Positions 37,449 to 49,446 of a stretch of 64,000 nt of DNA are shown one piece after another; position 1 is the first letter of the stretch; the number at the start of each line of letters is the position of its first letter. The DNA lies in the NCBI GenBank assembly GCA_902634455.1, contig CACPKQ010000005.1, forward strand, positions 302-64,301. The letters are read 5' to 3'. Origin of the DNA: an uncultured Pelagibacteraceae bacterium (GTDB lineage: Bacteria; Pseudomonadota; Alphaproteobacteria; Pelagibacterales; Pelagibacteraceae). Under the pieces are notes generated by a model. It was not told the origin of the DNA and made no database searches. It worked only from the letters and a program-made list of their open reading frames with translations. The translations under genes were made by a program, and so were the position numbers.

Positions 37449-38822
37449 TTAAATTGAACTTATTCTAAACATATTTTCTACTACAGGAAGTTTGTCTCTT
37501 TTAGCAAGAAATACTATTACATCATCTTTTTTAAATACATAATTTGATCTAGGAATAATAATTTCCTCTTTTCGTAAAACTGCTCCAATTCTAATTTCAT
37601 CGGGTAAGTCACTGTTTTTAAGTTCTTTATTTATTAATTCCGATGTCTCAATTATTTCAGCTTCTATAACTTCATATTCACCATCTAGGATTGAGTAGGC
37701 ATTTTCTATTGTTCCTTTGTGAACATGTTTTAGAATGCTAGAAACTGTAGTCATTCTTGGATCAATTAAATCGTCAATATTTAATGAAGTTTGTAGTAAT
37801 GAATAATTTGGTTTATTTGTTAAAGCCATTGTTCTTTTATTCTTAGAAAATTTTTCAACTAAAACACTTACCATTAAATTGTCCTCATCATCATTTGTTA
37901 GAGCAATTACAGTTTCAACTTCTTCCAAATTAACTTCTGATAATATGGACTCGTCTAAACCATCTCCATTAACAACCAAGGTATTATTTAACTCATTAGC
38001 AATAAATTCTGCTCTATCTTTATTTTTTTCAATAATTTTTATTCGTGCATCTTCAAATGTTTGTTCAATATTTTTTGCTAAATTAAATCCAACGTTACCG
38101 CCACCGATAATTAAAATTTTATTTGAAATTTTTTCATTATGACCAAAAGCACTAAGGGTTTCTTTCATTTGTAGTGAATTAATAGTTACATAAGCTTTAT
38201 CATTTTTTTTCATTACATCAGTTTTTTTCATAAATAAAAATTTACCATCTCTAATAACTCCTAAAATATTTGCATTTAATTTAGGAAATTTTTTTGTTAA
38301 ATCATTAAGTTTTATTCCTATTAAAGGGCATTTTTTATCAACTAAAATTTCTAAAAGTCGAATCTTATTTTGAGCAAAGGGAACATTGTCAATTGCACCA
38401 GGTGCTTCAAGTTTTCTTTGAATTGATTTTGCAATTTCAAGTTCTGGAGAAATAATAACATCTATGGGTAAATTTTCTTTATTATAGACCTTAGAAAATT
38501 TTGGATTTAAATAATCCTGAGATCTTATTCTGGCTATTTTTTTTGTTATATTAAATACAGTATATGCTATTTGGCATATTAACATATTTATTTCATCATT
38601 TTTTGTAACAGCTATAATCATGTCGGCATTTGAAGCATCAGCTTTTTCAAGGATTAATGGATATGTTGCTTTTCCAACTATTGCTTTAACATCTAATGAA
38701 TCATTGATTTTTTTAATATCTTCACTTGATTGATCTATAACAGTTATAGAATGATTTTGTTCAGATAATAATTTTGCAATAGTGAAACCTACGGTTCCTG
38801 CTCCACATATGATTATATTCAT
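37449..38822 (-). CDS. trkA: Trk K+ uptake NAD-binding subunit
   Basis: Two RCK domains (IICGAGTVG; IIGGGNVG), TNDDEDN. Confidence 0.95.
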   Translation of the reverse strand: MNIIICGAGTVGFTIAKLLSEQNHSITVIDQSSEDIKKINDSLDVKAIVGKATYPLILEKADASNADMIIAVTKNDEINMLICQIAYTVFNITKKIARIRSQDYLNPKFSKVYNKENLPIDVIISPELEIAKSIQRKLEAPGAIDNVPFAQNKIRLLEILVDKKCPLIGIKLNDLTKKFPKLNANILGVIRDGKFLFMKKTDVMKKNDKAYVTINSLQMKETLSAFGHNEKISNKILIIGGGNVGFNLAKNIEQTFEDARIKIIEKNKDRAEFIANELNNTLVVNGDGLDESILSEVNLEEVETVIALTNDDEDNLMVSVLVEKFSKNKRTMALTNKPNYSLLQTSLNIDDLIDPRMTTVSSILKHVHKGTIENAYSILDGEYEVIEAEIIETSELINKELKNSDLPDEIRIGAVLRKEEIIIPRSNYVFKKDDVIVFLAKRDKLPVVENMFRISSI

Positions 38823-40178
38823 TTAATTAAAATCTTTAACTCCAAGTTGCTTTAATTTTCGATGTAGAGCTGATCTTTCCATGCCTACAAATTTGGCTGT
38901 TTTAGAAATATTACCTCCAAATTTGTTCAATTGGGTAGTTAAATATTCTTTTTCAAAATTTTCTCTAGCTTCTCTTAGTGGAACAGAAAGTGTATCTTCA
39001 ACCGAAAAATTGTCATTCTCATTTTTTGATAATGACTCTTTAATAATACTAACTATTTTATTTTCATCACCTTTTTGAGATAATATTGCAACTCTTTCCA
39101 CCAAGTTTCTAAGTTCTCTAACATTGCCAGGCCAAGTATAGTTCATTAGATAGTTATTATCTTTTATTTCAAATGGTTTAAAATTATAATTTTTACAAAT
39201 ATTTTTAAGAAAATAATTTGCTAATAAAGGAATATCTTCAATTCTTTTAGATAATGGATCTAAACTTATATTAAAAACATTTAACCTATGAAACAAATCT
39301 TCTCTAAAATTACCATTTTTTATTTCTTTTTTAATATCTTTGCTTGTAGAACAAATAATTCTTACATCAACTTTTATATCATGGTTTCCATTTAATCTTT
39401 TAAATTTTTGATCAACAATTATTCTTAAAATTTTTGACTGTGTTTCTAAAGGTATTTCAGTTACTTCATCTATTAACAAAATTCCTTTAGAAGATTTTTC
39501 TAAAGCGCCATATAAAATAGATCCATCTTTTTTTTCTTCTCCAAATAGTTCTAATTCATATTTATTTGTATCTAAAAGTGCACCATTAATTATTATAAAT
39601 GGTCCATGATTTCTTTTAGAGTTTTTATGTATTTTTCTAGCTATCAGTTCTTTTCCAGATCCAGTTGGTCCTGTAATTAATATTCTACTTTCAGAAGAAG
39701 AAAGTTTTAAAATTTGTTCACGAACAGACGTTATATTTTGACTTTTTCCAATAATTTCATAAGTATGAAATAATTTATTTTGTAAATTTTTGTTTTCACT
39801 TTTTAAAGAATAATTTTCTACAGCTCTTTTTATAAAATTCATTAACCTTTCTTTGTCGAAAGGTTTTTGGATAAATTCAAATGCACCAGATTTAAGTGAT
39901 TTAATTGCCATTTCTATATTTGCATGACCAGATATGACAATAACTGGAATATCTTTATTTTTTTTTTTAATATGGTTAAGTAATTCTATTCCATCATTAT
40001 CTCCTTTGTCTAATTTAACATCTATGATGGCAACATCAGGCAATTTTTTATCGATTTCAATTAAAGCTTGATTAAAATTTGCGGCCAAACGTGTTTTATA
40101 TCCTTCTTCTGATATTAGTTCGTTTAATATTGAACGAATATCTGCATTATCATCTATAATTAATATTTCTGTTATCAT
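38823..40178 (-). CDS. ntrX: NtrX response regulator (REC-AAA+-Fis)
   Basis: IIDD, ISGHANIE, GPTGSGKE, FREDLFHRL, WPGNVREL, GMERSALHRKLK. Confidence 0.93.
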   Translation of the reverse strand: MITEILIIDDNADIRSILNELISEEGYKTRLAANFNQALIEIDKKLPDVAIIDVKLDKGDNDGIELLNHIKKKNKDIPVIVISGHANIEMAIKSLKSGAFEFIQKPFDKERLMNFIKRAVENYSLKSENKNLQNKLFHTYEIIGKSQNITSVREQILKLSSSESRILITGPTGSGKELIARKIHKNSKRNHGPFIIINGALLDTNKYELELFGEEKKDGSILYGALEKSSKGILLIDEVTEIPLETQSKILRIIVDQKFKRLNGNHDIKVDVRIICSTSKDIKKEIKNGNFREDLFHRLNVFNISLDPLSKRIEDIPLLANYFLKNICKNYNFKPFEIKDNNYLMNYTWPGNVRELRNLVERVAILSQKGDENKIVSIIKESLSKNENDNFSVEDTLSVPLREARENFEKEYLTTQLNKFGGNISKTAKFVGMERSALHRKLKQLGVKDFN

Positions 40179-41952
40179 TATTTTATTGGCAAGTTTATTT
40201 GTACTTTTGCTCCAACTTTTATTGAATTAAATTTTATTGAACCATTGTGATCATTAATAATTTTGTTTACAATTGATAATCCCAGTCCTGATCCTTTTTG
40301 TTTTGTTGTATAGTATGGCCTTATTAATTCTTTTATTTGTTGGTCACGAAAGCCAACACCATTATCACTAATTTCAATTACTATATAGTCACTTCTTCTT
40401 ATAATTTCTATATCAATTATTTTATCAAAAATCTTTATTTTTTGGGCTTTTTCTCTAATACTTTCAATTGAATTTTTTATTAAATTTAAAATTACTCTGC
40501 TTATTTGCTCATAATCGCAAATTATTTTTATATTTTTATATTTTTTTAAATCAAAGTTTATTTTTATAGTTGTATCTATTTTTTGTAATAAAACTATATT
40601 CGAATTAATTAGTTCAACTATATCATTTTCTCTAAATAATGGTTTAGGCATTCTTGCAAAATCAGAAAATTCATTTACCAAGTTTTCAATTTGTTTTATT
40701 TGAGTTAAAATTGTTTTTAAATTATTTTTATATTTTTCTTTATCTGTTGAATCTATATAGTTAAGATATTTTGATTTTAAATTGTCTATTGTTAATTGAA
40801 TAGGTGTTAAAGGGTTTTTTATTTCATGAGCTAATTTTCTAGCTATACTTTCCCATGCCTCGTGCCTTTCAGAAATAATAAGTTTCTCTTGTTGTAATTT
40901 TAACTTTTCAATCATCGCATTAAAATTTTTATTTAAAATTTCCATTTCTTTATCAGTTTTAATTTCTGGTACTTTGGAATTGAGATTACCTTTACCTATT
41001 TCAGACGAAGCAATAATTAAATTATTTATAGAAATAAAAAATCTTGAGGAAAATCTAATAGCTATTGTAATTGCTAAAAATAATAATAATGCAACTATTA
41101 TAATATAAATTACTGCAAAAGATATTTTTATACCTAAGTTTTGATTTTCAACAGTATAGTAAAAATTAATAGCTTGTTCGGACTCGGTCAAATATTTAGA
41201 AATACTTTCGTCAATAAATTTTATTATATATAAGTATATATCATCAAATGCAGTCATTTTAATAACTGCCGCAGATCTATTCTGATATGCGTTAATTATT
41301 TTTAATGGTCTTTCATCATTTAAAACCATTTCTAAAGCCTTTTTTTCTATTGGAACAAATTTGCTATTAGATGATGAAAGAATAATGTTTCCCTTACCAT
41401 CAATTAAATGAATTTGATCAATATTTCTAACTAACCTTTGGGTATTCAAAATTCTTTTAAATGAATCTTTGTTTTTTTTAAAAATATTTGCTGATTTATT
41501 CAAATCAAATGAAATTAAAATTATATCAGATTCAATTTTATTCCTTTTTTCTTCAACATAATTTTTAGCAATTTCATATGAATTATTTACAGCTGTAGTA
41601 ATTTTCTCATCAAAATATTTTTCTATGGCAAAAGAAAATAAAAATAATGAAAAAATAGAAATTAAAATAGATGGAATTAATGTAAAAAGTGAAAAAAAAT
41701 AATATACTTTCTATTAGCTACGGAACCACTCACATTAAGGTTATTTTTAAATGAATTTTTTATTTCAATAAAAATCATTGAAAAAAAGATTAGTAGTAAA
41801 ATCGCATTAATTATTAAAAGTGTTTGTAAATTTTCTTCATTCAATTGAACAATACTTTTATCAATAAAAGTTAAAAAGGTTATAAAACCCGTTGAAAGAG
41901 TGATAAAAAAAATTATTGTTATAAATAAGTTTCTTTTTAAAAAAGTTAACAT
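40178..41952 (-). CDS. ntrY: NtrY sensor histidine kinase, split by a -1 frameshift in an A8 tract (41692-41699)
   Basis: ORFs 41677-41952 and 40178-41503 join into one frame (…YIIFFSLFTLIPSIL…) if one T is added. HAMP, AHEIKNPLTP, DNGVG, TTK.KGSGLGL present. Confidence 0.85.
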
Positions 41953-41987
41953 AAATTAAAATTATATAAAAAAATTAAAATAAACAC

Positions 41988-43106
41988 ATGTATAATTATT
42001 TCATTTTATTAGCAGCTGGAAGCGGAAAACGATTTAATTCAAATATACCAAAACAATACACATTTTATAAGCAAAAAAATTTGCTACTTCATTCAATAGA
42101 TAAAGCTATTAAATCACGTTTATTTAAGAGGGTAATATTAGTTATTAATAAAAGACATAAAAAATATACTAAAAATCTAAAAAAAAAAGAAATTAGAATA
42201 ATATATGGTGGATTCGAAAGATTTGATTCAACATTTAATGCTTTAAATTATATTAAAAAAAAAAGTCCCAAAAATATATTTATTCACGATGCTTCTCGTC
42301 CTAACTTTTCTTTAAAACTATTAAATAGAATAAATAAACAAATGAACAAAAATAATGCAGTAATTCCTGCTTTAAAGCCTAATGATTCGGTAAAGTTTAT
42401 AAATAAAAAAAATAATTTTAATCTTGATAGAAATAAAATTTTATTAACACAAACTCCACAAGCTTTTAAATTTAAAATACTTTATAAACTATTTAAAAAA
42501 AGATCTAAATTCATAACTGATGACGCATCTCTATTTATTGATAATAATTTTAAAGTAAAATTTATTGAAGGTGAAAAAAATAACCTAAAAATTACAAATA
42601 AATTAGATATAAAAAAAAATATTCAAAGAACAAATTATGGTATTGGTTTTGATATTCATCGTTTAGAAAATAATAGAAAACTTTACTTAGGTGGAATAAA
42701 AATTCCGTATCATTTGGGGCTAAAAGGTCATTCTGATGGAGATGTTATTATTCATGCACTAATCGACAGCATATTGGGAGCATGTAAATTAAAGGACATT
42801 GGTACTTTATTTTCTAATAAAAAAAAAAAATATAAAAATATTAGATCTTCAAAAATGTTAATTAAAGTTTTAAATCTAATTAATCAAAAGGGATTTTATA
42901 TTAATAATATTGATATTAATGTAATTACTGAACGACCTAAAATTAGCAAATATAGAAATAAAATAATCGATTCTATTTCAAAACTTTGTAATATTAATAA
43001 AAATCAAATTAACATCAAGGGTAAAACTTCAGAAAAATTAGGTTTGATAGGAAAAGAAAAAGCTATAGCATGTGAAGTAATAGCTTCTGTTATAAAATAT
43101 GCTTAA
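41988..43106 (+). CDS. ispDF: Bifunctional IspD/IspF
   Basis: LAAGSGKRF..PKQY, IHDASRP, QTPQ, TDDAS; GFDIH, GHSDGDV. Confidence 0.93.
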   Translation: MYNYFILLAAGSGKRFNSNIPKQYTFYKQKNLLLHSIDKAIKSRLFKRVILVINKRHKKYTKNLKKKEIRIIYGGFERFDSTFNALNYIKKKSPKNIFIHDASRPNFSLKLLNRINKQMNKNNAVIPALKPNDSVKFINKKNNFNLDRNKILLTQTPQAFKFKILYKLFKKRSKFITDDASLFIDNNFKVKFIEGEKNNLKITNKLDIKKNIQRTNYGIGFDIHRLENNRKLYLGGIKIPYHLGLKGHSDGDVIIHALIDSILGACKLKDIGTLFSNKKKKYKNIRSSKMLIKVLNLINQKGFYINNIDINVITERPKISKYRNKIIDSISKLCNINKNQINIKGKTSEKLGLIGKEKAIACEVIASVIKYA

Positions 43107-43593
43107 CAAAATTAATTTTCTTTTTGTAACATTTTTTGGAATCGGAAAAATTAAAAAGATACCTGGAAGTGTAGCATCGTTAGTCACGACATTATTTCTA
43201 TTTTTTTTATTTCATTTTTTAAATGTTTCGCCAAATATTATTTTAATTTCGATTATTATAATTTTTTTCATATCAATCTATGCAATAAATATTTTTATAA
43301 AGGACCTTGACAATAAAGATCCAAAAGAAATTGTTATTGATGAATTTATTGGACAGTCAATTCCTATATGTCTTTACGAAATTGCACATGAAGGATTAAA
43401 GGAAACTAATCAGGTATTAACCTTTTATTTTATTATGTTTATCCTGTTTAGAATTTTTGACATCGTTAAGCCTTTCCCTGTAAGTTATTATGACAAAAAC
43501 TTTAAGAACAGTTTTGGTGTAATTATGGATGACGTTTGTGCTGGTTTATATGTTGTAGCTGTTTTTGTTTTGTATATGGTGATTACTTCATGA
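43099..43593 (+). CDS. pgpA: Phosphatidylglycerophosphatase A
   Basis: PGS, DPKEIVIDEFIG, FRIFDIVKP, GVIMDD. Confidence 0.92.
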   Translation: MLNKINFLFVTFFGIGKIKKIPGSVASLVTTLFLFFLFHFLNVSPNIILISIIIIFFISIYAINIFIKDLDNKDPKEIVIDEFIGQSIPICLYEIAHEGLKETNQVLTFYFIMFILFRIFDIVKPFPVSYYDKNFKNSFGVIMDDVCAGLYVVAVFVLYMVITS

Positions 43594-44063
43594 AAAAACT
43601 TTCTCAAAAAATAGTTAAGTTATTAGGAAAAAAAAGATTAAAAATATCTTTTGTAGAATCTTGTACTGGTGGTTTACTTTCGAGTTCAATAACTTCCATA
43701 AGTGGTTCTTCCAAAGTTTTTACTTTTGGATTAGTTACATATTCAAATCAAACAAAAATGAATATTCTTAAAGTCCCTAGAAAGACAATAGTTAAATATG
43801 GTGCTGTAAGTTACGAAACTTGTTTATCTATGGTTAAAAATTTAAATAAAATTAGCAAAACTAATATTTCGATTTCAATAACGGGCGTTGCTGGGCCTAA
43901 AGGTGGAACTAAACAAAAACCTGTTGGTTTAGTATATATAGGTATAAAAAAAGGCAGCAAAACTTTAGTTAAAAAATACCTATTTAAAAATAAGAAAAGA
44001 AACTCAATTCAGAGATCTACAGTTAATAAAACTTTAAATTTAATTTTAAGTTTTGCTAAATAA
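43590..44063 (+). CDS. cinA: CinA C-terminal domain / NMN deamidase
   Basis: ESCTGG, GSS, YSN, GAVS, ITGVAGP.GG, PVGLV; ATG 43590 overlaps the pgpA stop. Confidence 0.88.
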   Translation: MKKLSQKIVKLLGKKRLKISFVESCTGGLLSSSITSISGSSKVFTFGLVTYSNQTKMNILKVPRKTIVKYGAVSYETCLSMVKNLNKISKTNISISITGVAGPKGGTKQKPVGLVYIGIKKGSKTLVKKYLFKNKKRNSIQRSTVNKTLNLILSFAK

Positions 44064-44495
44064 GTCCTCTGCCCTTTTTTCAAAAGCATCAGCAATTTTA
44101 TCTAAACCAAATTGAAATGATTTGGTCATAATTATATTTAAAAAATCATTTTTTAATTCAAAATCAACCTCAAAAGAAACTTCTGTAATTTTATTTACTT
44201 CTCGAAAATACCACTTATTCTCTAAGTGTTTTAATGGTCCATCAAGATTAGTTACATAAATAAAATCTTCTTTTTTGTTATACTTAACATCACTTTTATA
44301 AGTATCTTTAAACGGACCTTTTCCAATGGTAAGATCTGCTACCATTAATAATAAATCACCATTTTCTTTTTCTTCATAAACTTTGGCATCTAAGCAAAAA
44401 GGAACAAACTCAGGATATTTTTCTACATCAAGAACTAAATCAATTAACTGATCTTTTTTACACTTTATCGATCTTTTAACTGATGCTTTGGGCAT
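44046..44495 (-). CDS. RatA/Coq10 START-domain protein
   Basis: [30 protein letters not shown]. Confidence 0.88.
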   Translation of the reverse strand: MPKASVKRSIKCKKDQLIDLVLDVEKYPEFVPFCLDAKVYEEKENGDLLLMVADLTIGKGPFKDTYKSDVKYNKKEDFIYVTNLDGPLKHLENKWYFREVNKITEVSFEVDFELKNDFLNIIMTKSFQFGLDKIADAFEKRAEDLFSKT

Positions 44496-45414
44496 TAGTT
44501 TGTTTTATTCTATTTTTTTGAAGTGCAGCAAAATCTTCATCAGCATGATAAGAGGATCTTGTAAGAGGTGAAGATGAAACTAATAAAAAACCTTTTGACT
44601 CTGCAATGGTTTTTAAATCCTGAAACTCATCTGGAGCGTAATACCTTTCTAAAGGATGATGTTTGTTAGAAGGCTGTAGGTATTGTCCTATCGTTAAAAA
44701 ATCAACTTCAGCAGATCTTAGGTCATCCATAACTTGAATGACTTCATTTATGTTTTCACCTAATCCAACCATTAATCCGGATTTAGTAAAAATATTTTTA
44801 TCAATTCTTTTTGCATTTTTCAAAAGTTCGATTGAATTAAAATATCTAGACCCAGGTCTAACTTGTCTATAAAGTCCAGGAACAGTTTCAATATTATGAT
44901 TAAAAACATCAGGTTGGGCCTCAATAACTTTTTTAAAAGAATCTCCTTTTCTTAAAAAATCAGGTGTTAAAACTTCTATAGTCGTTAATGGATTGATTTT
45001 TCGTGTTTCTTTTATAACTTCGTAAAAATGATTTGCTCCTCCATCATCAAGATCATCTCTATCAACTGAAGTTATTACCGCATGTCTTAAATTTAATTTT
45101 TTAACAGCTTTTGCTATTTTTAATGGTTCAAAAAGATCAAGAGGTTTTGGTTTACCAGTTATTACATCACAAAATGCACATGCCCTAGTACAAGTGTCTC
45201 CCATGATTAAAAAGGTTGCATGCCTTTTGCTCCAACATTCAGTAATATTTGGACAGTTAGCTTCTTGGCAAACAGTTTTTAGTTTAAATTGATTAACTAT
45301 ACTTTTTGTTAAAAAAAACTCCTGACTATTTGTTAGTTTAGATCTAATCCACTTAGGTTTTTTTTTTATTGGATTGATAGGTTTGTTAATTTTTTCAGGG
45401 TGTCTAATTTTCAT
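44476..45414 (-). CDS. lipA: Lipoyl synthase
   Basis: [26 protein letters not shown]. Confidence 0.96.
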   Translation of the reverse strand: MKIRHPEKINKPINPIKKKPKWIRSKLTNSQEFFLTKSIVNQFKLKTVCQEANCPNITECWSKRHATFLIMGDTCTRACAFCDVITGKPKPLDLFEPLKIAKAVKKLNLRHAVITSVDRDDLDDGGANHFYEVIKETRKINPLTTIEVLTPDFLRKGDSFKKVIEAQPDVFNHNIETVPGLYRQVRPGSRYFNSIELLKNAKRIDKNIFTKSGLMVGLGENINEVIQVMDDLRSAEVDFLTIGQYLQPSNKHHPLERYYAPDEFQDLKTIAESKGFLLVSSSPLTRSSYHADEDFAALQKNRIKQTNAQSIS

Positions 45415-45706
45415 TTTGTTTAATTATATAAATTGTTTCTCCTTCTTTACTAAATAAAAATTTTTGCCTTATAAGTGTTTCAATATAATCAAGATCTAAA
45501 TTTTCACCCAAAAGTGCATTTTTAGACTCAATATCTGCAATTTTATTAGTTAAGTCTTTTTTTTGTTTTTTTAAATTGTCTAAATTGTCTTTTTTTACGA
45601 AGTATGAAATTAGTCCACGCTCTCCATCTAGTAAGTTGAAAAAAAAGTATAGAAAAAGAAATGTAATTATTAGAATAAAATAATTTTTTTTAATTTTAGC
45701 AAACAC
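45404..45706 (-). CDS. ftsB: Septum formation initiator FtsB/DivIC
   Basis: N-terminal TM, GERG, coiled coil, DLDYIE...GE; follows eno. Confidence 0.8.
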   Translation of the reverse strand: MFAKIKKNYFILIITFLFLYFFFNLLDGERGLISYFVKKDNLDNLKKQKKDLTNKIADIESKNALLGENLDLDYIETLIRQKFLFSKEGETIYIIKQNEN

Positions 45707-46965
45707 TATGGTATTTTATTCATTTTTGATGATTTTCCTAGCTGCTCTTCTATCCTTATTAATTGATTATATTTAGCTACTCTTTCTGAGCGTGACAAAG
45801 ATCCTGTTTTGATTTGATTTGAGTTTGTTCCGACGGCTAAATCAGATATGAAAGTATCCTCACTGTCACCAGATCTGTGAGAAACGACAGTGTTAAATCC
45901 GATTAAATGAGCAAATTTAATAACTTCAAGTGTCTCGGTAACAGTACCTATTTGATTTAATTTAATAAGAATTGAATTTGCAGAGTTATTTAAAAATCCC
46001 ACTTTTAATCTTTCTAAATTAGTAACAAAAAGATCATCTCCAATAACTTGGATTTTTTTATCTATAGTTTTTTTAAATTGATTCCACGAATACCAGTCAT
46101 TTTCAGAAAAGGGATCTTCGATTGATTTAATTTTATATCTTTTAATTATTTTCTTATAATAAATTATTGTTTTTTTAACTGAAATTAAATTTTTCGAATG
46201 AATAGAGTATTTTTTATTTTTATAAAGTTCGTTAGCCGCAACATCCAAACAAATAGAGATATCTTTACCGTTTATAAATCCAGATTTTTTAATAGCACTT
46301 TCTATAAATCTTAAAGCATCTTCATTTTTTTTTATCATAGGTGCAAAACCGCCTTCATCACCTACAGATGTTGATAAATGGTTGGTTTTTAATATTTTTT
46401 TTAAATTTTGAATTACTAAATAACACATTCTTAAAGCTTCAGAAAAATTTTTAGCTTTATCGGGTCTGATCATGAACTCTTGTATTCTTAAATCGTTGTT
46501 TGCATGAACACCTCCATTAATAATATTCATTAAAGGAAAAGGTAATCTATAGTTTTTTTTAACTAAAAAAGTTTTAAATAAAGGTATTTTTCTAATTTTA
46601 GCAGATAGTTTTTTTACAGCTATTGAAACTGGAAGAATACTATTTGATCCTAAATTTTTCTTTTGTTTAGATCCGTCTAGTTTAATCATTATATAATCAA
46701 TTTTTGACTGATTATGAACATTTTGATTTTTTAATTTTTTTGAAATTTTATTATTAATTAAATTGACTGCTTTAAATACACTTTTTCCTAAATATTTTTT
46801 ATTACTCAAATCTCTTTTTTCATAAGCTTCATAAGTTCCAGTAGAAGCACCTGATGGGCAAATTGCACTTGCGCTAAGATTATTTGAAAAAACTTCTGCT
46901 TCAATTGTTGGATTTCCTCTGCTATCAAAGATTTGACGTGCTATAATCTTTGTTATTTTGCTCAT
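45706..46965 (-). CDS. eno: Enolase
   Basis: DSRGNPT, PSGASTG, GDEGGF, GDDL, SHRSG, QIKTG. Confidence 0.96.
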   Translation of the reverse strand: MSKITKIIARQIFDSRGNPTIEAEVFSNNLSASAICPSGASTGTYEAYEKRDLSNKKYLGKSVFKAVNLINNKISKKLKNQNVHNQSKIDYIMIKLDGSKQKKNLGSNSILPVSIAVKKLSAKIRKIPLFKTFLVKKNYRLPFPLMNIINGGVHANNDLRIQEFMIRPDKAKNFSEALRMCYLVIQNLKKILKTNHLSTSVGDEGGFAPMIKKNEDALRFIESAIKKSGFINGKDISICLDVAANELYKNKKYSIHSKNLISVKKTIIYYKKIIKRYKIKSIEDPFSENDWYSWNQFKKTIDKKIQVIGDDLFVTNLERLKVGFLNNSANSILIKLNQIGTVTETLEVIKFAHLIGFNTVVSHRSGDSEDTFISDLAVGTNSNQIKTGSLSRSERVAKYNQLIRIEEQLGKSSKMNKIP

Positions 46966-46968
46966 CAA

Positions 46969-47793
46969 TTATTTTTTAATTAAATTATCTATCTCAACTA
47001 TTTTTTTTATTAAATCTTCTAGTTTATTTAAAGGAACCATATTTGGTCCGTCAGACGGAGCGTTATCAGGGTCTTGATGAGTTTCTAAAAAAACTGCTGC
47101 TACGCCAACAGCTACAGCTGCTCTTGTTAAGTATTCAACAAACTCTCTTTGACCACCACTTTTTTCACCTAATCCTCCAGGTTGTTGAACGGAGTGTGTT
47201 CCATCAAATACAACAGGGTAACCGTTTTTTGCCATTATTGGTATTGATCTCATATCGGAGACCAAAGTGTTGTAACCAAAGCTTGCACCTCTTTCTGTAA
47301 CTAAAATTTGATTATTTCCTGAATCCGAAATTTTTTTAGTAACATTAACCATATCCCATGGTGCTAAAAATTGACCTTTTTTAACATTGATAATTTTTTC
47401 TGTTTTTGCTGCAGCAATTAACAAATCAGTTTGCCTACATAAAAAAGCAGGTATTTGTAGAATATCAACATGATTTGAAACTATTGAACATTGTTCTGCA
47501 TTATGAATATCTGTGAGTACTGGAACATTTAGTTCTTTTTTTATTTTATCAAAAACTGGCAGTGAGTTTTCTAAACCTGCTCCTCTTTTTCCCTTAAGGC
47601 TCGTTCTATTTGCTTTATCAAATGATGTTTTGTAAATAAAACCTATTTTATGCTTATTGGTTATTTCTTTGATTTTTCCAGCCATATCCATTGCATGTTG
47701 CTCTGTTTCTAGCTGACAAGGGCCTGCTATCAGACAAATTTTTCTATTGTTAGATATTTTAATATTGTTGCAATTAATTGTTATATTTTCCAT
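46969..47793 (-). CDS. kdsA: KDO-8-phosphate synthase
   Basis: IAGPC, DKANRTS, QIPAFLCRQTDL, KKGQF, HSVQQPG, SDGP. Confidence 0.96.
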   Translation of the reverse strand: MENITINCNNIKISNNRKICLIAGPCQLETEQHAMDMAGKIKEITNKHKIGFIYKTSFDKANRTSLKGKRGAGLENSLPVFDKIKKELNVPVLTDIHNAEQCSIVSNHVDILQIPAFLCRQTDLLIAAAKTEKIINVKKGQFLAPWDMVNVTKKISDSGNNQILVTERGASFGYNTLVSDMRSIPIMAKNGYPVVFDGTHSVQQPGGLGEKSGGQREFVEYLTRAAVAVGVAAVFLETHQDPDNAPSDGPNMVPLNKLEDLIKKIVEIDNLIKK

Positions 47794-49406
47794 CAATAAT
47801 GTTTTGCTGCCTTGATAAATGAAAAGAATAAAGGATGAGGTGACAAAGGTCTAGATTTAAATTCTGGATGAAATTGAACGCCAACAAACCATGGGTGATT
47901 TTTAAGTTCAATAATTTCAGGCAGTTTATTATCTGGAGAAATCCCTGAAAAAATCATACCTTTTTTTTCAAATTGATCTTTTAAATTATTATTCACTTCG
48001 TATCTATGTCTATGTCTTTCTTCTATAGTATTTGATCTATAAATTTTTTTTATCAATGAATTGTGTTTTAATTTAGCCTTGTATAAACCTAGCCTCATAG
48101 TGCCTCCTAAATCTACATTTGTACCTTTCATAATCTTTCCATTTTGATTCCATTCATGAATTAAACCTATGACTGGATAGCAGCTCTTGTTTAGTTCAGT
48201 TGATCCAGCCTTTTTAATTTTTAAGACATTTTTTGCAAATTCAATAACTGCCATTTGCATACCAAAACAAATACCTAAAAAGGGAATTTTTTTTTTCCTT
48301 GCATAATTTATCGCAGCAATCTTTCCTTCTGTTCCTCTTTTTCCAAAGCCGCCTGGAATTAAAATTCCAGATACATTTTTTAATATTTTAGAGATTTTTG
48401 TAGATTTTAAATTATCAGATTCAACTCTAATCAAATTTACTTTTATATTATTTTTTATTCCACCGTGAATTAACGCTTCATCTAAAGATTTATATGCGTC
48501 TTTTAAATTTACATATTTACCAATTATAGCAATATTTACTGATTTTTTATTTTTAAGTACAATTTTAGTAATTTTTTTCCATGGAAGTAAATTTACCTTT
48601 TTTTTTGGTTTAATTTTAAAATATCTTAATACTTGTTTATCAAGTTTTTCTTTGTAAAAACTTATTGGAGCCTCATAAATTGTTCTTACATCGACAGTTT
48701 CTATTACGTTATCAATTGGTACATTACAAAAAAGCGAAATCTTTTTTCTTTGTTCGTATGGTATAGATTGCTGAGATCTACAAATAACTATATCAGGTTG
48801 GATACCAATGCTTCTTAATTCTTTAACAGAGTGCTGTGTTGGTTTAGTTTTAATTTCATCAGAAGATTTTAGGAAAGGAACCAAAGTTAAATGAATAAAC
48901 AAAGTTTTATTTCTTCCTAGATCATTTGAAAATTGCCTTATTGCTTCTAAAAATGGTAAACTTTCAATATCACCGACGGTGCCACCTATTTCACAAATAA
49001 CAAAATCTTCATTAGTAATATCATTTTTTATAAATCCTTTTATGCGATCAGTAATGTGTGGTATTACCTGTACGGTTTTTCCTAAATAATTTCCTTTACG
49101 TTCTTTTTTAATTACATCACTATAAATTCTACCAGTAGTTATATTATCTGATTGTTTAGCATCAATATTTGTAAATCTTTCATAGTGTCCAAGATCAAGA
49201 TCTGTTTCAGCTCCATCATTAGTGACAAAAACTTCACCGTGTTGAAAGGGACTCATTGTACCAGGATCAACATTCAAATATGGATCCATTTTCCTAACTC
49301 TAACTTTAAAACCCTGCGATTTTAATAGATATGCTAAAGATGCCGAAGACAAACCTTTACCGAGAGAAGAAACCACGCCGCCAGTGACAAAAATATAACG
49401 CGCCAT
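47793..49406 (-). CDS. pyrG: CTP synthase
   Basis: GGVVSSLGKG, KTKPTQHSV, GICFGMQ, RHRHRYE, QFHPE. Confidence 0.97.
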   Translation of the reverse strand: MARYIFVTGGVVSSLGKGLSSASLAYLLKSQGFKVRVRKMDPYLNVDPGTMSPFQHGEVFVTNDGAETDLDLGHYERFTNIDAKQSDNITTGRIYSDVIKKERKGNYLGKTVQVIPHITDRIKGFIKNDITNEDFVICEIGGTVGDIESLPFLEAIRQFSNDLGRNKTLFIHLTLVPFLKSSDEIKTKPTQHSVKELRSIGIQPDIVICRSQQSIPYEQRKKISLFCNVPIDNVIETVDVRTIYEAPISFYKEKLDKQVLRYFKIKPKKKVNLLPWKKITKIVLKNKKSVNIAIIGKYVNLKDAYKSLDEALIHGGIKNNIKVNLIRVESDNLKSTKISKILKNVSGILIPGGFGKRGTEGKIAAINYARKKKIPFLGICFGMQMAVIEFAKNVLKIKKAGSTELNKSCYPVIGLIHEWNQNGKIMKGTNVDLGGTMRLGLYKAKLKHNSLIKKIYRSNTIEERHRHRYEVNNNLKDQFEKKGMIFSGISPDNKLPEIIELKNHPWFVGVQFHPEFKSRPLSPHPLFFSFIKAAKHY

Positions 49407-49446
49407 GGAATTACGTTATAACTATTTAATCGTAAAATGAAAAGGA

